Source: Marsupella aquatica
Lineage: Eukaryota > Plantae > Marchantiophyta
Direction of reading: 5' to 3'
Assembly: GCA_973895155.1 (NCBI GenBank)
Contig: OZ316891.1
Location: forward strand, 24,675,899-24,739,898
Length of the DNA: 64,000 nucleotides
Of the stretch, positions 47,157 to 60,641 are shown piece after piece (within the stretch, counting starts at the first letter, position 1; each line of letters begins with the position of its first letter). The notes beneath the pieces are model-generated. The model was not told the origin of the DNA. It did not search any database and saw only the letters and a program-made list of their open reading frames with translations. A program made the translations under genes and the position numbers.

Positions 47157-50100
47157 ACCATTCCCGCCAACAACCCCTGAATGGCGGCGAGAACCACCAT
47201 GGGGCCCACTACCAACCCCCCCACCAGACCCGGGCCTGTGAGAACCACTATGGGCCCCAGTACTACCCCGCCCACCAGCACCTGCAGATCGATCAAAACC
47301 GCCCCGACGCCCACTACCACTTGTCCCAACACCACCTCCAGCAGCTGTAGCACCCCCACTACCTCCTGCTGCTCTACGGCCACCTACATCACCATCAGTC
47401 CTCCGTCTAGAATGACTACCTCGAGTCCCTCGGGATGTGCCGCCAATCAAGCAAACAGGGGTGGGTGCCACACTCCCCTCCTCAGCCTCAGACTCTGAAT
47501 CTGAGGCCCCCGAACCCTCCTCGACTGAGTCCAAACCCTCCGACTCCTCATTTGACTCCTACATACATGTAAGCAACCATGAACCCAAGTGTTAGTGTTG
47601 AAAATGACCTACAAGGGAGTGATTATAACCATGTTGCATCAAAGGTTAGAAATATGGTTTTCAATTGTGCATATACTTACCGACCCCAACTCGTCCTGCA
47701 TGTGAAGTTTCAGAGCCCGCGTTCCAAATTTCTTAGCCAACTCTCTCTCAGGTGGCAAGATTGGGCGTCCATGCTCTCGCTCCTGCACCATACTCAAGAT
47801 AATAATTAACCCCCCTCCCCGGCAAATGAGAATAAAATTGAAACCCCCCATTACTTGAAATACATTATTTTAAAAGTTAATCCCTACCAAATCCCCCACA
47901 TTACTTAATGAATAATAATCCCTACCTAGCCCCACACATTACTTAGAAAAATTCCCTAACACCCCCACATCCCTTTCAACTCATGGGTATCACTACCCAC
48001 TCTACCTATATAAAATACTCCCTTATTATCGTGGCCTAACTATCGCAAAAAGCAACGACAACCTAAGCCCGGCACTCCTTAAAAAAAACAAACCCCCCGG
48101 CGTGGCCTAAAACAGTCAAATATTCAAAATTTTGAATTTTTCCGATGCTTCCCTAATCGGACCCCTCCACCCTAAACCCCAAAACCTAAGGTCCAATGCA
48201 GGGTCCGATTCTCAGGTAATTGGACCATAATCGGAAGCCTTGCGTCCAAAACCCATAAGAGAGAGTCCCACTCCATTTCCAACTCTTCAGCAATCGGAAT
48301 AGAATCGGAAACAGAAAAAAATAAGGACACATCAAAACTTGCGATACAGGCTCGATAACAAACGCACAGGGATAAGAGGGGAGGTCTGGGAGGACTTATG
48401 CAGGCATAGCCAAGGTTGTGCCTGAGGTGATCAGGGAGAGGGAGGACCCAATTTCAAGGTGAAAATTCAGCAAGGAGGCGAGCAAGGAGGAGGGGAGCAG
48501 AGGACTTACAAACTCTGCTTTGAGACGATGCGCTCCACCCTGCCCCATTCGGTGAGTAACTGCAGGTCTCTTCTCCACCCTCTCAATTGCATTTTGAATG
48601 TAAAGTGGAGGGTCTCCAAGCAGTGCTAATTTGGCCTCCCATTCCATTAAGTTTTGCTGCAGGAGGGGGATGTCAACAGTCTGTCCTGAAAGGACCCTCT
48701 TCTCTGCCTCATCGAGCTCAGCCTGCCAGTGACGTCTCGCTTGCCAAGCACGAACCTGTAGCTCAGCATCAATCCAAGCAGACCAGGCATCAGCTGGTAT
48801 CTCATCCGGGGGATCTCTCTGCCTGATCACCTCTGCCTCCTCCTTACAATCTGCCAGGTACTTCCTCATCTTTTCTCTCACATTATTACGTCTATCTGCA
48901 AGTGAACGTGAGATCTTCTTATTCAGCCATTGATCATCCAGGAAGCAGCCATTACAGAATCGCCTTTTCACTTGCTCCCTTGCTTGAAATTTCTCCTCTT
49001 CTTTCTTCTTCCCCCAGTAGTCTAAGGGGCTGAAATTTGCCCTCAACACCTGCCCTAGCTGACTTCTGAACAAATTGTAGCTCTTTGTCATCGGAGCTCC
49101 TCCCTTATTAATGAACAATTTTGGCCGTTTGGCCCTTTCCTCTGCTCGTAGCCTCTCTTCCTCAATCCTTGCCCTCTCTGCAGCTCGAGCCTCCTTTCTA
49201 AGCCTCTTCTCTCTTTCTTGTGGTGAGAGGGCGTCCACTGGCCTGCCTTTCCTCTCCTCCTTCCTCTTTCTTTTTTTCTCCTTTCCTTTCTCTAGCCTCT
49301 CCATGAAAGCCTTCTCTGCTTCACTTATGGCAGATTGCCTGGATTCGTCAATCAGGCCCTGGGTCAATTGAGCTGCTATGGCCGCAGCTTCAGCAGACAG
49401 GCCTGCTTGCCTCTTGAAAATCTCTGCCATAATGTCTGAGATCTGCTGTGACGGCCCTGCTCCATCTCCACCCACCCTGGCTGCTCCGTCTCCTCCCCCC
49501 CAGCTGTGCCATTCCCCTCCATAGCCTCGACCTCCAATGCGTGCTCCTCCACTTTGTGTTCACTCAGCAGCTCCTCCCAAGTTGCATCCGAAACCAAGCC
49601 CGATACAAAGACATTCATACTTTAGTTGGGAAAAGTACCAAACCCTATTGTGCCCTCCATCCAACTTTTTAAGAATCGGAACATCCGATACTTGAACTAT
49701 CGAAAACGGGATCGGAAATAGCGATGCTTAAAGTATCGGACCCCTCTTCCAATATGATCGGACTTAGCTTGTCCATTATTTTTTATGCCTTTAAGGATGG
49801 ATTTATAATAAGTTAGTCAATGGGGGGGGGGGGGCTGGGGATGTGGTAAGGAAATGTAAGTTTAGTTGATGTGAAAACTTGCATTGTAATTGTAGGCCTG
49901 GTTGAGTAGCCGGATTTTGTTTGGGCGGTGGGGTTCTTGAATAAAAGCCGGTTATAGGTGCGGTAACGTCCCCCTTACAACAACATACTTTTGGGGTTGA
50001 ACGGTATGATCATTGACCCACTCACATTAAAAGTTTTGACAAATTTGTCCACCTTGTATGTGGATTTAATTTTGGGGGCCAAACAAAGTTAACCTCATGT

Positions 50101-50579
50101 GCGTGTATTGTGCAGTATTTTTTTGCGGAGGGTTGGGTCATTCTCTTTGTTTGTATTTTTGTAGGTCCATTTTTGCAATGCATTATGCATCGCGATAGGC
50201 CGTGCATCCGAAAGGTATGATATACTCCCTTTATCATTTGGAGGTGAGCACTTTAAGTATATATTTGGCTAAAGTTTTTTCATTGATGGCCACAATATAT
50301 AGTGGATATGATTCTATGGGGACATATGTATAGATAAATTCTGATGGTATTCCTTTAATTGTGCAGACATTTCGGATATTGTCTTAGCATATATTCTAAG
50401 GCCAAGATCCTAGTAGGCATTGTTCAGTGCGGATATCATTTAGGTAAGATGCACAGTCATTATTTTTAATTATTCGCTTAGTGTAAACTAGGTTCCAATC
50501 TTGACATATTGTATTTAGGGTACTTAATATGAGTGGGAAAGATTTTTGACATGTGATTAATTTTCACATTGATGGGCAG

Positions 50580-51897
50580 ATGTCAAATTCTGGGAGTTCC
50601 GAGTCAGATTCTGACTCGGACTTGTCATCTTCTGAGGGGGACATTCCTCCCCCCCCCCCCCCTCGGAGGCCGCATCCTCCTCCTCCTCCTCTAGGCCCCA
50701 TTCCATGTTGGTGTGTGCGATGTAAGGGAATGGTGGTTCGTCAAGCTTGGGAGTGTATTGAGCATATTGAGAATTATGGGCAACACCAACCTGATTTACC
50801 AGGACATTTAGCTCACCAGGTATGCACCCCATACTCTCATCCCACACATTTCAATGAAGGAAACATAATTTGCCACTTACAATCATGGCCACTATCATCA
50901 TATATTTATTAATTTTGGATTTTTTTTGAATGAATAGGTGCCCCGTAGGCCCCCTCCTCCATTGATCTCTAAAGAGCTATGGCTAGACACATTCTTGGCT
51001 AGTGCAAGACGGATGCTTGCATCAACATCTACACCCCCTCCTCCTGCCCCGTGCCCCAATGGTGAGGGCGGGAGTGTACCTGTAGCAAGGGTGGAGGACA
51101 TTGAGCAAGGTGACCTGGAGGTACCTCCATCTAGGGTTTTACGCACCGGCCCATGCTCCCATAGGCATAGGAGACATTATGAACCATTGGGCACTCGTGA
51201 GTCTCAAGACCCAAACTTGGTAGGTCCGCCTATGATGAAGCCAGGTGAGGGTTATGTGGTAGTGGAGGGTAGGTTGGGATTGTCATATCTCACTGGAAAG
51301 GCGTTGCCTCTTGTGAAGGACTTCTTGTCTGAGATATTCAAAATCCCTCAAGGCATACCCACTAATGCCCCTATAGAGATATGGGGCCGTCATTGGATAG
51401 TGCAGTCATCTTCCCTTGGTGTTGATGTAGGATTTGGGTTATTTGCTTTGGAGGACATTGTGGTCCATCCAAAGCCATGGCGAAGAGGTTATGATGGGGA
51501 ACACTTATTTCCTTATATTGGCCCTATATACACTGCCAAGAATTGGAACATTATTTTACGGCAACAACCATCATGGGGAGTGTATGCATTGCAAATGGAT
51601 TCCGATCCGGATGAGGTCCTCAAGAGGCCTTGGCATTGTAGGATGATTGATGGTGATCCTGTGCGATGTGATAACATCGCTGGGTATATCAATAGTACCA
51701 AAGGGAGAGGACGAGGACTTCAACCAAATGTAGAGTGGGTTCAGATTTTTGGGGCACCGCCACCACCTTACTATGTGAAGCATATGGATGACCATGTTAT
51801 GACTGTAGCCATTAGGACTATTAGGGCTGGTGAGGAACTCTTTTGTGACTATGATTGGAACGCGCCTAAGATGGCCATACGGTGTCGTCCTTCATAG
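50580..51897 (+). CDS. SET-domain protein inside the CACTA (exon 50580-50819 plus exon 50938-51897)
   Basis: SET motifs VGFGLFALEDI, FPYIG, IDG...NIAGYINS...PNVE, AIRTIRAGEELFCDY; phase-0 intron CAG|GTATGC...AATAG|GTG. Confidence 0.82.
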
Positions 51898-52069
51898 CAC
51901 ATACAAACATGTGTATATGTTCACTTTTATAAAAATATTACTTGAGTCATTCTCTAATTGGTTTCAAGAGCTATGGAGTCTTTTGACTCATTCATATATG
52001 GATGTCTCAATTGTTGGTTGAGAGACCTGGACTTATATCATTCTCATTGTTTTCTTTTGTGTATGATAG

Positions 52070-55000
52070 AATGCATTTGTTCAGCCAGATATTGAGGTAT
52101 TATCACGAGCTGTGCGACAACATCTCCTTCAGGCCATGGATGGTAGGCAAGGGGGTCAACCTTTTGAGGATATGGACATTCCACATGAACTACCTAATGC
52201 TACCCAAGAAAGAGTGGATGAGGACCGGGCTATGGATGAGTTGATGCACCAATTCATGGATGCAGATGAGGGTGATCCCCGGGGTGATCATGACCCAGGT
52301 GACTGGGAGGACATTGACTTACCTCCTCCTCATAGGCATACTCCTTCACGGAATCGACACTTGCACCAGTGGGAGGAGGCTCAGGAGCATGCACGGACTC
52401 GTCTTTTTGAGGGGTCTAGATTATCTCGTCTTTCAGCAATCATGTTATTACTGAACTTGCAGCAAAGACATGGAGCAAGCAACTTGCTTCTTGATGATAT
52501 TTTCAGGACATTGCATGATCGTATGTTACCAGAGGGGAATAACTTGCCAGCATCATGGAAAGAGGCAAAGAAAGTGTTGAAGTCCATAGGCCTCAAGTAT
52601 GAGGTCATACATGCTTGTGTGAATGATTGTGTTTTGTTCAGGAAGGAGCACTCAAATGCTCTTACATGTCCTGTGTGCAACGTGCCAAGATATTGTGAGG
52701 ATATGTTGACAGGAAGAGTACCTCAAAAGGTTATGAGGTACTTTCCCCTTATTCCTCGTTTGCGTCACCAGTTTCGATGTGCAGAGTTGGCTAAGTATAT
52801 GGTATGGCATTCCCAACACCGTTCAGACACTACTCAGGATCCAACCATGCGCATGATGGTTGACTCTCCTGCAAACAGATTTGTGGAAGAGCGTTGGGGT
52901 GAGTTCAAGACTGACCCTCGTCATGTTCGCCTTGGTTTGGCATCAGACGGCATTAGCCCATTTGCACTGGCCAGCAAGGCCAAACCATACTCTGTATGGC
53001 CAGTAGTCCTCACTAACTACAACATCCCACCATGGATGGCCATGAAGAAGGGTCATTTGCTCCTATCTATGATTATTCCTGGCCCTAAGCAAGTGAAGAA
53101 GATTGATGTATACTTGCAACCGTTGATTGAGGAGCTACAGAAACTTTGGGGGGGAGTGGATTGATATGATGGTCGAGTGCGTACAGGGGGCTTACCCCGT
53201 GAGTTTCAGCTCAAAGCCATTCTTATGTGGACCATGCATGATCGTCCAGGTACCCAACTCTTTATAAATTAAGTATGGCTTGTGCAGCTACCCATATATA
53301 TATATATCGTTCTGTTTATTTTTTTTCCCTTTGGTTTGGTTTCAAAACTTAATGGGTTTTAATTTGTGACCATTGTTTGTGAAGGGTTTGGATATATTTC
53401 TGGCTTGCAAACTTCTGGATATCGTGCTTGCCCAACTTGTGGACCAGACTTGGAGGGAGTGGCACGCCCAAAGTCTACCACCCTGCGGAAGATAGTTTAC
53501 ATTGGTCACACAAAGTATCTTCCTGAGGGGCATGACTGGAGGTATGATCCATTTTTGTATGACACGGATGAGGGCCAGCCAGACACAAGACCTCAACCTT
53601 TACCGAAGGACCCAATATATTGGAAGGAGGTATGGGAGAGGGTGACTGATCCAGATGACCCATTACCCTTGGCTAGATGTGGCATGACCTGTTTGTCTGC
53701 ATTGGCACAACTTCCATATTGGGAACACATGCCGATAAATCATCTATTGGACCCTATGCATATTGAGGGGAATGTTGGGAGGTCATTGATCCGCCATCTA
53801 TATGGAGAGAAAAACAACAATTGGAGGGAGAGTTGTGAGGAGATGGGGATGCATGACCTTCATGGTTTTTGGCCATCTATGGACCCTGACCCTCCCCTTA
53901 CTATCCATCCCCCATGGGTTTTCACAAGGAGTGAGCGAATAGAGTTTCGCAAGCGGATAGGGTCAATGCAGTTTCCTACAGGGTATGGTGCCAATCTTTG
54001 CAAGGCATTTGGTGGAGATGACTCTCCAAAATGGCCAGCTTTCTTGAAGACCCACGATTATCATCGTCTATTGCAGCACGTTATTCCAGTTGCTATTATT
54101 GGATTGGGCAGCGAGGATCTTTGGGATGCACTTTGGTCATTGGGTAGATTGTTGAGATGGGTTTGTCAAAAGGAGGTCAACGAGGGAGAGATTGCTGCCA
54201 TGGAGGTATTTGGAGTGGAGGTTGTGTGCAAGTTGGAGCGAGCACTCCCTCCTTCCTTCTTTGATGGTCAAGTTCATTTTCTTGTACATCTAGTGCGTGA
54301 AGTAGCCATTGCAGGCCCAGTACATTGTCGTTGGATGTATTGGGTAGAGCGATTCATGGGAGTCATGAAATCATATGTATCAAACCGTGCTAGGGTGGAA
54401 GGTAGCATTGCCGAACGTCACCTTGGAGCAGAGAGTATGTTCTATTGTACGAACATTGTGGCTACACTTGATCCAAATGCTCCAAGGGGTTGGATAGATG
54501 AGTCAGCACGAGAGGCAGATTATGAAGAGGATAGACTCACTGGAGCAAAGGGAGAACGACTACTAGGCTCTGCTGAACGTCTGCAACTCACCACATTCAT
54601 GTTGTATAACTCACCAGAGATTGCAGGGGAGTGGACTGCATTTTATGAGGAGGAGAAGAGTAATAGTCGTCGGCCACGCCTCTTCCCCAAGTTTCTCCCA
54701 TATATGAAGGAGAAGTTGACAGAGATTGATGCCTTGTTGGGTCAGGGTGAGAGTGTTTTGCACTTTCCAAAGGTCACCAATGACATTCGCACCCTTGTTC
54801 ATGGTCCATTACTCATGGTCACGACTCGAACAGCCATGTGGTCAAAGGGGAGGCATTTTCAAATCCAACATCTTGATATGAAGAGAGCAGCAACACAAGA
54901 TTGTGGGGTGATGGGGTGGTTCACCCAAGAGTCACAAAGTAGCACTTCTGACCGGAATCCAATACGTTCAACTGTGGCCCACTATGGGAAGATAGAGGAG

Positions 55001-55339
55001 ATTCTTATCGTAAATTATCATGCCCATACAACCTTGGAGGAGGTGGTGTTCAAGTGCAAATGGTTTCGGATGAATCTTGTTGGCCATAATCGGACCTGTG
55101 AAGAAGATGCATGTGGGTTCACACGATTGAAGACCAGTGCAACTAGTGTCATTAGTTCCAATTGGAGGACCTCAGATCCATTTGCATTTCCCCATCATTT
55201 GGAGCAATCTTTCTATCTTCCTTATCCGAATGACCTAGAGTGGTCCATTGTTATGCCTTACATCCCTTGCTCACGATCCATTGTTCAAGACAAGCCAAGT
55301 GTAGTTGTAGTAGAGGATTTGGACCCCTCATTACAATAG
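52070..55339 (+). pseudogene. tnpD: CACTA TnpD/Tnp2-type transposase with one premature stop (53162-53164) and an intron (53250-53384)
   Basis: IHACVNDCVLF...CPVC, RYFPLIPRL, RLGLASDG, SVWPVVLTNYNIPPW, IDVYLQPLIEEL, LDPMHIEGNV, LKTHDYH, GPVHCRWMYWVERFM, FKCKWF; the intron joins DRP-G-FGYISG in frame. Confidence 0.93.
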
Positions 55340-55524
55340 ATGCAACCTAGGTAAAACCCCTATATGTTTTATCTTCATGGATATCATATACATTTTGTCA
55401 TGTCATTTCACACATGCCCAAAGATTCATTGGTTGGATATAATTTTGGATACAACTGTATATAGTCCCTTGACACAATCCAAATTGCAATCCCTAAGTAA
55501 TATATGCATTTGAGTCACGTCCAT

Positions 55525-56015
55525 TTATTCCCGATACCATTTCCCATGCTTAAAACAACGGAAGCCCATCGGAACACCTCCTTGTTCAAATCTTGACCTC
55601 GAACCACATCTATCCGATATAAACCCTTTCGGACTCCATTTCCGATTCTTGTAGCATCGGACTTATTTGTGATACACACTACTTCGGAAAACATTTCCGA
55701 TACCCAACCTATCGGAAGCACTAAGCAATACATTTTCGATCGCAATATTTCCGTAATTTACTCAATCGGACATCAAATGCGATACTTCAGGGATCGGAAA
55801 TTTAGTAACAATTTTTAGAAGAGGGGTCCGATAGTCAAGACATCGGATATGTTCCGATATTAGGAGTATCGCAAATTATGTCCGATGTTTTGGAAATCGG
55901 ATACTGTGTTTCCGAAGCTGTGGGGATCGCAAGTTCTGATATTTTTGTGAACGAAAGTTTGCGTAACTCTGGCTATCGGACGCCTGTTTCATGTTTCAGC
56001 GGGAGCATCGGAAAA
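55525..56015. repeat. CACTA right subterminal repeats
   Basis: Many TCCGAT/ATCGGA motifs in both orientations. Confidence 0.85.
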
Positions 56016-56955
56016 TGAGCAAAAATGTACTAGTGCTTGAGCAGAAGGAGGCCGAGTTAGGGAAATCCTATCAAGGGATTATTGCGCTGCAGCAGGAGCT
56101 TGCGTCCCTGACGGCCAGCTTCAAGGCCGACCTAAGGAAGAAGGACAATATGCTCGATCAGACTTACGCCAAGATGAACTAGATGGAGTCTGTCATCATT
56201 GCAGAGCTCGACAAGGAGCTAAGAGCAACCCGGGAGGAGAGGGCTACCTTGAAGAAAGAACTGGAGGAGGCGCGCAAGGACCTGGACGAGGTGCAGGAGG
56301 AGTTGGAGGAAAGCACGCGGAGGCTGGAGAATTTACAACGACGAGCCGACAACCAAACGGAGCGGCTGAAAAAACAAGCCGCAGTATTTAAGTGCTTGTC
56401 TTCATCAGGCCCAACTCCAATTGGGGCAACTAAGTTACCAGGAGTGGTACTGGCCGAAGAACAAGACGCGCCACCTGCACCAGTGCCGGAAGTAAGTGGG
56501 AAGGGGAAGGGACCAGCTGCCAAACCAGAAAAGAAGAAGAAGCGGAAACCTTCAGGGTCAAGGAGTAATACGACTCCACAGGCCGTGGTGACCAAGGAGG
56601 TAGACCTAGCACCGACCCCAGACAGAGTCACGGCAAAGGATCCAACTACCCTAGAAGGAGGGGAGGCTGAAGCCGTTGCTGATGCCGAGGCCGGTGCCAA
56701 GGCCAAAGCCAAAGGTGGACCCAGTCAGGCCGATGGAGAGTTGACTAAGTCCGGGGCAGGTAATCTGTCAGAGAACGAACCTACGGCAGTGGCTGAGGAG
56801 GAAGCGTTGGGGGCGTCTACTGAGGAATAGACACCGCTGCCATGACGGTGGTGGAGGGCCGCTCCTTTCAAGGAGGGCGGACGTGGAGGGAGGAGGCATG
56901 AGTGGGCAGGGCGGGCTCAGATCTCTAAGTTTAGGATTAGGATCAGGACGAGGAG

Positions 56956-59900
56956 TGTGGTGCATCCCATGGCTCCCTAAACCCAAGAAACCCCCCAGCT
57001 CAAGCCGATTCCCGCAGGTTTCGCGCTTGGCGGGGCCATTTCCGCGGCTTAGCGGCATGGGACGCTACTAATCTCCTCTACATCTATTAACAATTTACAC
57101 ACATATACTGGACAGATCCTTCACCGGGTCATGAGATATGAAGCCGATCTACTCTAGGCCTTCCCTTGTCTTCCTCTCCTTCTGGTTAGGTATATTTGGA
57201 TTCCGCCGCCGGAATGATCCCCAATAGGCTTGGTTAAGCCGCTAAGACCTCTCTCAGCTCGACACATCCAACTCTCACTCCTTGCTTACTTTCCTTCTCC
57301 TATTAGTTGATGTGGGCACTCTTCACACAAGTTAATGCGACACACAAATAGTAAAATGACTCCTTCTGACTGAGTCATACCATGCACTTGCCATACAAAC
57401 AGTACATCTCATACACAAGCTCTGCGAACTAAGCCGTGAGGCCAACTCTATTCAGCTCTTAGGCATGAGGAAACATGAATATACACAAGGTCACTGTATG
57501 ACTAACCGAGAGCTTCTCTTACTACTTGATCCCAGCCCGGCTGGTGCAAACTAAAAACTTGCTAAAGAAGAGGCCCTGAGCTCCCCGCAGCCCAGGTATT
57601 TATCCTGGTAGCGGATCTGCCTAATTCTTTGCAGCGTAAGCCTAATCTACCTAACAGTAATCTACCTGCCCGGATCTACCTATGTACAACAAGGCAGGGG
57701 CACAAGTGTTGCTCCTACCAGTGGAACCGCAATCCCACTAAGCTAAGTGTCAGGGCTGCTCCTGGTCCTGATCCTAATCTTAAACTTGGAGATCAGCGCC
57801 CGCCCTGCCCACTCACGCCTCCTACCTCCACGTCTGCCCTTCCTAAAAGGAACGGCGCCCTTGCACCGTCACGACACCATTGGTGGATCCTCAATGGACG
57901 CCCCCAACGCTTCCTCCTTAGCCACTGCCGTTGGCCCGCCTACTGACAGATTACCTGCCCTTGACCGAGTCAACTCTCCATCGGCCTGACTGGGTCCACC
58001 TTCGGCTTCGGCCTCGACACCGGCCTCGGCAACACCCACGGCTTTGGCCTCAGCCACTCCCATGGCTTCGGCCTCCCCTTCTTCTAGGGTAGTTGGATCC
58101 TTTGCCGTGACCCTGTCTGGGGTCGGTGCTGGGTCTACCTCCTTGGTCACCACGGCCTATGGAGTCGTATTACTCCTTGACCCTGAAGGTTTCCGCTTCT
58201 TCTTTGTTTCCGGCTTGGCAGCTGGTCCCTTCCCCTTCCCACTTACTTTTGGCACTGGTGCAGGTGGCGCGGCTTGTTCTTCGGCCAGTACCACTCCTGG
58301 TAACTGGTTCGCCCCAACAGGAGATGGACTTGTTGCAGCTAAGCATTTAAATACTACGGCTTGTTTCTTCAGCCGCTCTGTTTGGTTGTCGGCCCGCCGC
58401 TGTAGGTTCTCCATCTTCCTTGTGATTTCCTCCAACTCCTCCTGGGTCTCATCCAGGTCCTTACGTGCCCCCTCCAACTCGTTTTTGGCCTCCTCTTGCT
58501 CCCTGTGGGCTTCCTCCAATTCCTTCTTCAAGGTAGCCCTCTCCTCCTGGGTTGCTCTTAGCTCTTTGTCGAGCTCTGTCACGATCTCAGACTCTATTTT
58601 ATTCATCTTGGCATAAGTCTGATCGAGCATATCGTCCTTCTCCCTTAGGTTGGCCTTGAAGCTGGCCGTTAGGGACGCAAGCTCCTGCTGCAGCGCAATA
58701 ATCCCTTGATAGGATTTCCCTAACTCAGCCTCCTTCTGCTCAAGGGCTCCGCGGCTTTTCTCGAGCTCCCCCTTCAACGCCCATTCCTTTCTTTGGGTCT
58801 CCGCCATGACCCGGTTGTTGACTGCTATATGGGCCTCCTCTGCGTCTCTCAGCTCCTTCTTCCATTTCTCCCTGTCCTTGATTGCGTCGGCCAATTCTCC
58901 CTGGGTCTGAGTCAGTTTATCCTTGATAATCTGACTATAAGCCTGCGTTGTGTCCAACTGCCCCTGCATGATGTTCAGCTCATGCCGCTTAATCCGTAGT
59001 TCATCTTGGGCTTTCTTGGCCGCCCTTAGATCTTCAATCTCGGCTTCCATCCTCCTAAGCCGCCGGATGACCTCGTCCTTCTTGTTTCTCTCTAAAACCA
59101 CCGCTTCATCTAATTGGTGCTTCTCCAACTGCTCCCTATGGAAAAAGGGTCCTACCTCCAACTCCTCCCCAAAGATGCCGAGCGCAAGTTCCCCACACAT
59201 CTCACCATACTCCATGGCTCTATTCTTAGCGTAGGTGGAGTAAGTAGAAGTGATCGGCATCGCCCATTGCGGCCTCTACTCCCAAGCCGTCTTGCGGATC
59301 TCTTCAATCGTGGCTAGAGGTTTGCTTCCTTTTTTGGCTAGCCGCCTGATGTCCTTCGGCCAATCTCCTCCTGGTAAATCCTTTTCCCTAGCCAGGGCTC
59401 CCTCCTCTTCCTGCCTGATTTGCTCCTGAAATTCCTGCGCCGTCTGTTTTATGCCGTCAAAGCTCGGGGGAGCAACATCTGGTGGGGGAGACTCAGGGCT
59501 ACTCTGCTGGTTGGGGTCCCCTCGTACTACCCTTGGAAGTGTGGGGATAAATCGGCCACAGGTCCTTACTCCTGGAACGTGATGGTCCGACCCATAGCCA
59601 GAGTTATCATGGCTGCAGTCCTCCATTGCCTCCTGCTCTACTGCTCGGCTGGCTTCGTTGGTGCCGCCGACCTTGTTCTTTTGGCCGGGGTGGCTTCATT
59701 GTTGACGGCTCCCTTCCTCTTCATCTCGGTTGCCATGGAGGTTTCTCCTAGCACCGTTGCCTGGGTCCACCTTTCCGTGCTACCCTTCAATTCCCAGTGT
59801 ATGTCGTTGCAGTTCTTGATGGCCTCTCGAATGCCGATGATTCTGTCTTCGCAAAACAAAAGATCGTCGAGCTGATTGGAAGTAGGAGTCCACAAGAACT

Positions 59901-60641
59901 CGGCCTTGATGAGTTTGCCTCCTAAGAAAGCCATTTTCTGCAGCTCCCACAATCGAGCGAGCTCTTGTCGTTCTCAAGCTGCCCTTTCTGATTCTTCATC
60001 CTCGTAAGTCTTGATGTACTCAGTTGCCCGTTCGAACAGGCATCCCCAGAAATGTGCCGCTTGATTGACGTTGCTCATACCCTCCTTAGGTCGATCGTCG
60101 GTATCTACTCTCTCCCCGAGTGCTTGCCTAAGCAGCTGACAGTAGTTGGCCTCCCGTAGTCGTCTACCTAGTTCGTGCTCGCAAATGAGCCACCATCTCC
60201 TGCAAGCGCTCCTTACCCCTCTCCTCTTCCGGTCCTTCCTCCCGTTGATCCTTCCTAGCCGCCGACGCTTAGCGCACCCTAACCCTAATCGAGTTTTCAC
60301 CCCCAGCGTCCTTACCTCCGGCCTCGGCCCGGGTTCCATAGTCGCCCATAATTGTTTATATTTTCCTTGTTTTGTCCCTATACTAAGGTGTTTCCAGGGT
60401 GCATTCCTGCTTTACCTACTTAACTGGCCGAGTGATTCCTGGCTAGGCATCACATAGCTCCCCACTTAATTGTGAAGCGTCCTCGCGAACAACTTCAATT
60501 TCATCCATATAGTATTTCTTGAGGCGGTCATAATGGATGCAAACTGGATACACTTCTCCCGTAATGTTGGCCAATTGTACGGAGCCATTGGAGAACTTCA
60601 TGGTTACTCTAAAGGGTCCTAACCAGCGAGTGTAAAGCTTC
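56956..60641 (-). mobile_element. Inverted family A element: 3' LTR (56956-60454, internal ~1.13-kb deletion), PPT and integrase C-terminus (60455-60641)
   Basis: TGTGGTGCATCCCATGG at 56956; CTAGGCATCACA ending 60454; minus-strand ORF KLYTRWLGPFRV...SQLSGELCDA. Confidence 0.92.

Larger units (their letters stand above)
32623..49618 (-). pseudogene. CACTA second gene (TnpA/Ptta-like), spliced; last exon disrupted by element B
   Basis: Proposed exons ~49618-48510, 47782-47681, 47558-47157 plus 33045-32623; GTAAGT donors and AG acceptors all in phase 0; HRMGQGG motif; Gly/Ser-rich tail stays in frame across the ACCAT TSD; probable frameshift in a G-run near 49500. Confidence 0.7.
31852..56035. 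mobile_element. CACTA (En/Spm superfamily) DNA transposon, ~10.1 kb without the nested B element
   Basis: TIRs CACTAGTACATT (31852-31863) and AATGTACTAGTG (56024-56035); 3-bp TSD CTT; subterminal repeats; TnpD-type transposase. Confidence 0.96.
28902..56955 (+). mobile_element. Family A LTR copy in two pieces (28902-31851 and 56036-56955), interrupted by the CACTA element and then by an inverted A element
   Basis: Starts TGTGATGCCTAGCCAGG; GGAGCCCTT|GAGCAGAAG rejoins across the CACTA; ORF fragments 29011-31851 and 56036-56830 match the A LTR protein. Confidence 0.92.
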
